A stretch of 64,000 bases of DNA from a virus (Duplodnaviria > Heunggongvirae > Uroviricota > Caudoviricetes). A program made the position numbers and the translations under genes. This document shows positions 58,053 to 64,000 of the stretch, piece by piece (the stretch's first letter is position 1; each line of letters opens with the position of its first letter). The notes beneath the pieces are model-generated. The model did not search any database, was not told the DNA's origin, and saw nothing but the letters and a program-made list of their open reading frames with translations. The stretch spans positions 37,689 through 101,688 of IMG/VR virus record IMGVR_UViG_3300032038_000024. One strand, given 5' to 3'.

Positions 58053-61000
58053 TTATGATATTCTAATTGTACTTGTATTCTTAAACTGATGTTGAATATC
58101 TCTGTCCAACGAATATTTAACTGTTACTTTATAATAACCACGTTCATATTTTGCATCGTTCTTAGGTAATGACAATATTGTCATTTCTCCATTAGATTCA
58201 AATGATGTATCTGTAGACATACCTAATGACATTGGATGTATATTCCATTTTGAACTTATACTTGCATTAAACGGTAATCTATCATTATTATGTAAATAAC
58301 AACAAACAATATCATCAGTCTTAAATTGATTGAAACCTTCTGAAGTATTAAATTCAAGTCTATTTATCAAATATTCTTCTGAACTCTTTTCATAATTCAA
58401 TATATACTTATTCTTTAATATCTTCTTTTTATCTGCTTCATTTCTTAATTTCAAATCTTCATTTGTTCTTATCTTATCGCAAGTTTCTTGAGAAATGTAT
58501 AATCCATACCAATAATTTTCATCATGCATCAAATAGAAGTCATAATTCAAGTATGTATCTAATTTAATTTCTTCATCATATTCATAAACACTATGTAACA
58601 ATACATTCTTCAATTCTTTGTTTTCAAAATACGAATCATATACATTAAATTTCAACTTAAAGAAATCATTATACAAATTGAATATATAAGCATTATCATT
58701 ATCTCCATACTCAAATTCTTGATTAAGATATTTTGTTTTAACAATATTCTTACCAGATTCTAATGGTTTATATTCTAATCGTTTTTCATTTACACTTATT
58801 TTAATAAATTTTGGAATTATATAAATATCTGTTCTATCATTCCAATTTATATTAGTTTCACTATTTATTGAAATAAATACTGTTATCTTCTTTTCATTTC
58901 CTGTAAATTCAAATTCTGTTCCTACTTCAGTATAATTAGTAACATTTCCATTTTCATCAATTACTTCAGTATGCATTGTTGCATATTGTTCAATATTAGT
59001 AATAAATTCCATTCTATATTTGCCCTTAATACCTGTTAAATCTTTTATAAGATAATTCTTAAATCTATATCTTGCAATATCTTCATCTTTGGCATATCTA
59101 TTACCTTTGAAATTATTTAGATAATTATCTAAATTAGCTTTAATTGTTTCATAAGAATCATTTTCGTTATATACATATCTTTCAATTTCATTCAAATAAG
59201 ATGGTAATGATTCTAAAGATAATTTATCTGCATTATACCAATACATAGAAGGATTTTGTACTGATACTAAATGATTATAAGAATTATCTTTATACATATA
59301 TTTATCATCATATTTTATTAATTCAACAATGTATTTAGATCCATTAATCTCAATATTCAAATAATATGTATTATCTTTAACAGATATAATTGAATTATTT
59401 TCTATATTGTTTTCTTTTAAGTAATTAAGATAATCACTTAAAATATAGAATCTATTTCTAACAATATGAGCTTTATGATAATAGAATGTTACAATTATCT
59501 TATTATATTCAATATTATCAATTTGATTTAATGAAATTCCTTCAATCCTATTATCTAATTCATCAAAGAATGCAATTGAATAACTTAATTTATTTGCATA
59601 ATGTTTTGATAAATCATTTAAATCACATATTTCTTTATCATCAAAACAATAAATATTTCCTTCTTCATATTCTTTAACATAAATATCAATATCTTCAAAT
59701 CCTTTATTTAAACTTTTAGATAATTGTCTATTTGCATAAAAATCATTAAGTGTCTTATATGTTATTGCACCAACACATGTTTCTTTACTTTCGATATAAT
59801 ATGTAAATTCATTTGTATCAAATTCATATAAATTAGGTACTTCCCAAATATGCATTGCTGATGTTCCTCTAATTGGATCATAACATTTTCTTGCATCACG
59901 TTTAACATAAAATCCTAATCTATCTTTAATTTCAATTACTTGTGATGGTGCTAATGGTTTATGACCATCTGCTAATGGGGATGTCCAGTATAATCCATAA
60001 GTATCTGGGAATCTTGTATCAATACTTGAATCTAATGTACCTTGTATAAATATTTTCAATTGTTCATCATTGTTAAGATCTTTTGTAACACCATGTGTAA
60101 AACGAAGACCATCAATATGCATATCAATATTATTATGGAATATTAATATGTTATTTTCAGTAATTACATTTTCATATATTCCAAATAAATGTAAAGAATT
60201 TTTATACTTAGGGTTATTTGGTAAGTTAACTAATGTTGAATATCTTGAATAAATCTTTTCACTATTTGCATAAAGTTTATCATATATTTCATAAGTATGA
60301 ATCACATCCCCATTTTCATCATATTCTTTGTATGTATTATCTAAATAATCATATTTAATATCAATTGTATCATATTTTAAGAACTCTTCAGTATCTTCAG
60401 TTTTGAATAACACTTCAGATTCTATTTCAGAAGCATTTAATATTTCATAATTTTTATCATCATTTGAACTATCAAATGTTTCTGCTAAAATAAATATATC
60501 ACCTTGATATGCACATAACAATATTGTATCATTATCATTAAGATAATCAGGGAAGAAACTAATATCATAACCTATTAAATCTTTATGTATATATACTTCA
60601 TGATTGTTTCCTAATGTATCTTTATAAATAATATATTGATAAAATTCACCATCAGTCAAAGTACCATCCATATATAACAAGTTATGATCTAAATGATATT
60701 TTAATATGGTTTGGAAATTAACATCAAAATTAATTTCATTCATATCAACTAATTGCTTATTATGCATATAAGCATTAAACATTACTTTATTGTTTTTATC
60801 ATCTAAACCTCTAATTTGTTTAAATGGTGATAGCAAATTATAATGATCCTTAAAGAATTGATATATATGTTCTGCTTCAGATAAATTAAATGATTGAATC
60901 CATGTTTCTTGATTCCATTCATTATGTATATCTTGATTTAAGTTATATGTATTATATAAGTATTGATTAATTGCTTGTAAATCATTTTTAATAAACACAG

Positions 61001-63326
61001 GATATCCCCAATTATTTGGACATATTAATATAACTGGGTTATCTATGTTGATATATTTCAATTGTCCATTATAAACAGTTGCATTATTAATGTTTAATAA
61101 TTTATCTTCTGAATAATTATAAACATAATATGTTGATGATTCTTCATTATCCCAGTTAATTGTCCAAGATAGTTTTATTTCATTATTAAACTTATCTAAT
61201 TCTTTAATATATGAATTATCTAATAAATAACAAACATAATCATTTGGTAAATTAAATATATAACTGTTAAATATTGATGGCTGTTTAAATAATGAATTAC
61301 TATAATCTAAATTTTGATTATTTATTTTATATGTATCATTAGCACCACAGAATATTAAATTATGAATACTATTATCATTTTTATTTGTTATCTTACTAAA
61401 TAAGTAATTACGATCATTGAAATAATAACGATACTTAAGCGTTCCAAAATCAATTGTAGGATTATGAATCTTTAACTTAAAATCATATTCATACCATTTA
61501 TTGTTTACTAACAACTTAATAATAAAATCATTATTTACCCAATATTCAAAATATTTTGTTTCAACATTATTTTCAGTTGTAATAATATTTAACTTTTTAG
61601 GATATATAATAAAGTTACGATATGTTTTATTTTCACATTGATAGAAGTTAAAATGTGATTCATATAATACTTCATTATTTGCTGCCTTTTGTAATAAAAG
61701 AACACAATTAAAATATCCTTTATTAAATTCATTATTAATAAATTGAACTGGAATATTTACACAAGTATCATTAAGATAATACCATTCTCTATTATCTTCA
61801 TCAATATTTGTTGTTCCTAATTCAAATTCATTAAAGTATTCATCTATATAATGTATTTGCTTTGTAAAATAATGTAATCCGTTACCTTTGAATTCAACTT
61901 CTCTTTTATCATTCAAGACAATAGATGGCTGATTTTCAATAATATGTAATGAATTTGTTAATTTAATATTATTTGCAAATACACGGTATCCTAATGATGT
62001 ATGATGAATATTTAAGTGTATTGGTAAAAAGTATTTCTTATAATAATAAGCAAGACATACTAATTTAACACCTAATTCATTAAATGAAAAATCAAAATAA
62101 GGTTTCCAATACCAATATTTTTCATCATCATTTTCAATAGGCATATCATGATTTCCTATTTTGATTTTCTGATAATAATCTAATAATGAAAGCATCTTAG
62201 GTCTGTTTTCTCCATAAAAGAATGATTTATTACTCATATTCTTACTTAATGATGCTAATGATAAATCATCCCAACCACCTTCATTATCACAGAATGTAAA
62301 TGGATATCTTTTATCAGTTTCTTTATTTATCATTATCATTAAAGAAACAAATGCAGTTGCAATAAATGTCTTAAATGATTCAATAATATCATTTGAAATA
62401 TCAAAATAGTCTAATATGTATTGTTGCTTAAAATCATTATCAGTTCTTAATAACTTTGATATTGTTATTCTATCTCCATAACCAAACCATTTTAATGATT
62501 TAATTGCAGAATCGAAGTTACCAATTTCTCCACGAATACCCATATAGTTAAGCATATATTCTTTCATTTTTTCATTGAATAATGCTTCATTATATTCATC
62601 ATTATATAAACTTTCTGCATAAACAGATTTAAGTATATCCTTTGGTAAAGATACACCCATATTACGTCCATTAATTACAAGTTCTTCATATTCATCAATA
62701 AATTCACCACCTACTGATATATAACACCATTCATCAGTATTATTTGAATTGTTATGAATATGTATCATTAAATTTGTTATCCAAGTACCTGCTTCTTTTG
62801 ACATAGCAATTGGATAAATAGGAATCATAAGATAATTAATTGTAGTACCTGTAATATCTTGTTCATCAGCATATTTAATTTCCTCAGTTTTTACACAATA
62901 AAGATCTTCGTTAGTTAATCTTTCTTTTAAGAAACTATATTTTTCATTATATTCAATTGAACTTCCATTTGTTATAGTCTCGAACATATTCAAGTCAACA
63001 TAATCTGTCAACTTAAAGTCATCTTTAGATATTGATTTTTGTAATTCTCTTGAAGATATTAATTTGTAAACATTTGAATTATTAACATAAATTTCAATAT
63101 CTAATGCTGAATTATAATCATCTTCTAAATCTTCAATATCAAAATTCTTATTTAATTCATATAATGCATATATTGGTTTTGAATAGAAATTATTAACTGA
63201 CAACTTTGATGTATTATTTCCATCAATCCAAAATACATATGAATATTCATCATATTCATAACCAATAGGTTTCTCACTATATGAAGGTAAACTAAATATG
63301 TGACCTGTATTATCTACAAATTCCAT
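58053..63326 (-). CDS. giant (1757 aa) Asn/Tyr/Lys-rich hypothetical protein
   Basis: Uninterrupted 5.3-kb ORF in an AT-rich genome, flanked by a promoter and terminator cassette on each side. Confidence 0.55.
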   Translation of the reverse strand: MEFVDNTGHIFSLPSYSEKPIGYEYDEYSYVFWIDGNNTSKLSVNNFYSKPIYALYELNKNFDIEDLEDDYNSALDIEIYVNNSNVYKLISSRELQKSISKDDFKLTDYVDLNMFETITNGSSIEYNEKYSFLKERLTNEDLYCVKTEEIKYADEQDITGTTINYLMIPIYPIAMSKEAGTWITNLMIHIHNNSNNTDEWCYISVGGEFIDEYEELVINGRNMGVSLPKDILKSVYAESLYNDEYNEALFNEKMKEYMLNYMGIRGEIGNFDSAIKSLKWFGYGDRITISKLLRTDNDFKQQYILDYFDISNDIIESFKTFIATAFVSLMIMINKETDKRYPFTFCDNEGGWDDLSLASLSKNMSNKSFFYGENRPKMLSLLDYYQKIKIGNHDMPIENDDEKYWYWKPYFDFSFNELGVKLVCLAYYYKKYFLPIHLNIHHTSLGYRVFANNIKLTNSLHIIENQPSIVLNDKREVEFKGNGLHYFTKQIHYIDEYFNEFELGTTNIDEDNREWYYLNDTCVNIPVQFINNEFNKGYFNCVLLLQKAANNEVLYESHFNFYQCENKTYRNFIIYPKKLNIITTENNVETKYFEYWVNNDFIIKLLVNNKWYEYDFKLKIHNPTIDFGTLKYRYYFNDRNYLFSKITNKNDNSIHNLIFCGANDTYKINNQNLDYSNSLFKQPSIFNSYIFNLPNDYVCYLLDNSYIKELDKFNNEIKLSWTINWDNEESSTYYVYNYSEDKLLNINNATVYNGQLKYINIDNPVILICPNNWGYPVFIKNDLQAINQYLYNTYNLNQDIHNEWNQETWIQSFNLSEAEHIYQFFKDHYNLLSPFKQIRGLDDKNNKVMFNAYMHNKQLVDMNEINFDVNFQTILKYHLDHNLLYMDGTLTDGEFYQYIIYKDTLGNNHEVYIHKDLIGYDISFFPDYLNDNDTILLCAYQGDIFILAETFDSSNDDKNYEILNASEIESEVLFKTEDTEEFLKYDTIDIKYDYLDNTYKEYDENGDVIHTYEIYDKLYANSEKIYSRYSTLVNLPNNPKYKNSLHLFGIYENVITENNILIFHNNIDMHIDGLRFTHGVTKDLNNDEQLKIFIQGTLDSSIDTRFPDTYGLYWTSPLADGHKPLAPSQVIEIKDRLGFYVKRDARKCYDPIRGTSAMHIWEVPNLYEFDTNEFTYYIESKETCVGAITYKTLNDFYANRQLSKSLNKGFEDIDIYVKEYEEGNIYCFDDKEICDLNDLSKHYANKLSYSIAFFDELDNRIEGISLNQIDNIEYNKIIVTFYYHKAHIVRNRFYILSDYLNYLKENNIENNSIISVKDNTYYLNIEINGSKYIVELIKYDDKYMYKDNSYNHLVSVQNPSMYWYNADKLSLESLPSYLNEIERYVYNENDSYETIKANLDNYLNNFKGNRYAKDEDIARYRFKNYLIKDLTGIKGKYRMEFITNIEQYATMHTEVIDENGNVTNYTEVGTEFEFTGNEKKITVFISINSETNINWNDRTDIYIIPKFIKISVNEKRLEYKPLESGKNIVKTKYLNQEFEYGDNDNAYIFNLYNDFFKLKFNVYDSYFENKELKNVLLHSVYEYDEEIKLDTYLNYDFYLMHDENYWYGLYISQETCDKIRTNEDLKLRNEADKKKILKNKYILNYEKSSEEYLINRLEFNTSEGFNQFKTDDIVCCYLHNNDRLPFNASISSKWNIHPMSLGMSTDTSFESNGEMTILSLPKNDAKYERGYYKVTVKYSLDRDIQHQFKNTSTIRIS

Positions 63327-63350
63327 TAAGTGTAAGTTATTGTTTATTTA

Positions 63351-63370
63351 CTATATATAAAAATAATTTA
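63351..63370 (-). promoter_or_regulatory. phage-type promoter
   Basis: − sense AATTATTTTTATATATAGTAAAT, about 25 nt from the ATG. Confidence 0.45.
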
Positions 63371-63390
63371 ATTTATTCAATTTCAAGAAA

Positions 63391-63418
63391 ATAAAAGAGG
63401 TTCTTGAGAACCTCTTTA
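63391..63418 (-). terminator. rho-independent terminator overlapping a stop codon
   Basis: AAGAGGTTC-TTGA-GAACCTCTT, a 9-bp stem with a U-run in − sense. Confidence 0.6.
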
Positions 63419-63655
63419 TTCATACCATGTTATATATTTGAATCTTTTTAATCTATCTACATATTTTAACAACATAATTATTCGCAAATCAATCAATTGC
63501 AAGAATGTTACAAGAATTGAATTACCTTTGAACAAAACTTTAGGAAGTGTTTTGCTCAATATACCATTTTTTGCATAATCATATTTATTATTTCCTGTAA
63601 ATTCAAATTGTTTTAGTTCTTCAGAACGATATGTTAAACTTTGTTTTATATCCAT
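63416..63655 (-). CDS. hypothetical protein
   Basis: 79 aa. Confidence 0.4.
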   Translation of the reverse strand: MDIKQSLTYRSEELKQFEFTGNNKYDYAKNGILSKTLPKVLFKGNSILVTFLQLIDLRIIMLLKYVDRLKRFKYITWYE

Positions 63656-63656
63656 A

Positions 63657-63992
63657 TTATATAGTATTTGACATAAAGAAGTATTCAGCTGAATGTTGTG
63701 TCTTTATATATTCATCAATTTTATCAAGTTCCTCTACAGCCATATCATGGAATCTTGACCAGTTAATTTCAACATTACCAGGCATCTTAAATCCATAAGA
63801 ACCTATAATAGTTGCAAGACCTCTCATACCTAATGCAACACAATATCTAAAGAAGTAATAGTTATTGTATAAATCTTGTATGCGGCATCTTGTAAAACAT
63901 TGCAATATCAAATCAGAATTACCTAATGCACCAAGTATAACAAGTTTCTTTGAATTAGGATTGAAGTTAAATGTCAAAGGCGTATCGAACAT
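63657..63992 (-). CDS. hypothetical protein
   Basis: 111 aa; ATG at 63992. Confidence 0.4.
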   Translation of the reverse strand: MFDTPLTFNFNPNSKKLVILGALGNSDLILQCFTRCRIQDLYNNYYFFRYCVALGMRGLATIIGSYGFKMPGNVEINWSRFHDMAVEELDKIDEYIKTQHSAEYFFMSNTI

Positions 63993-64000
63993 TGCTTTAT

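Noticed and set aside
1-64000. Alternative genetic code (stop-codon reassignment as in some megaphages)
   Set aside because: Long ORFs are contiguous under the standard code. TAA, TGA and TAG all occur as stops (for example TAG at 6938-6940) followed directly by the next start. No in-frame stop interrupts conserved domains.
1-64000. tRNA genes, integrase/transposase, prophage attachment sites
   Set aside because: All intergenic spacers are under 320 nt, AT-rich and occupied by promoter or terminator elements. No cloverleaf-like GC-rich segments and no recombinase-like ORFs are present.

Overview
The window is a densely coded, strongly AT-rich segment of a large tailed phage (myovirus-type) genome. 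Evidence for the phage call: it carries a T4-like morphogenesis core (gp23-type major capsid protein, gp21-type prohead protease, tail tube with the gp19 C-terminal DYWE motif, a large sheath-like protein); the capsid protein call rests on similarity to T4 gp23 recalled from memory, not an alignment. It also has giant fibre/adhesin-like proteins, a lysis cassette (Amidase_3, signal-peptide GH24 lysozyme, small membrane protein), a + strand early block (sigma factor on the − strand next to it, SF2 helicase, MazG, EEP nuclease/phosphatase) and a − strand accessory island. The standard genetic code fits: TAA, TGA and TAG stops are all used, and the ORFs are long and contiguous. No rRNA, tRNA, CRISPR array, integrase or transposase was seen. 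The most interesting observations follow. (1) At least 12 proteins begin with a shared N-terminal decapeptide (MK-S/N-I/L-N-E-Y-I-x-E) that closely matches the T4 capsid targeting sequence (MKTYQEFIAE) and the gp21 cleavage motif I/L-x-E. Ten of them sit in a 36.7-44.2 kb island, and a gp21-like protease is encoded in the same window, so this is a candidate arsenal of virion-packaged, injected proteins. (2) That island also holds a split polynucleotide kinase (kinase and HAD phosphatase encoded separately, both carrying the motif), an Rnl1-like ligase and an NMNAT-like nucleotidyltransferase, which reads as tRNA-repair and NAD-salvage counter-defence functions. (3) There is a phage-borne flotillin (SPFH) plus NfeD-like membrane operon of higher GC. 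(4) The prohead protease is fused to a long C-terminal region with 8 tandem 12-aa repeats. (5) Two recurring promoter architectures occur: a phage-type TTATTTTTATATA element about 20-30 nt upstream of many genes, often directly after a hairpin terminator, and a TTTGAA...TATATTTGTAA element in three places. (6) A BspA-like LRR gene with an internal duplication is flanked by near-identical promoter/terminator cassettes. All functional calls come from motif-level reading of the translated ORFs and from recalled family signatures. No database search was run.
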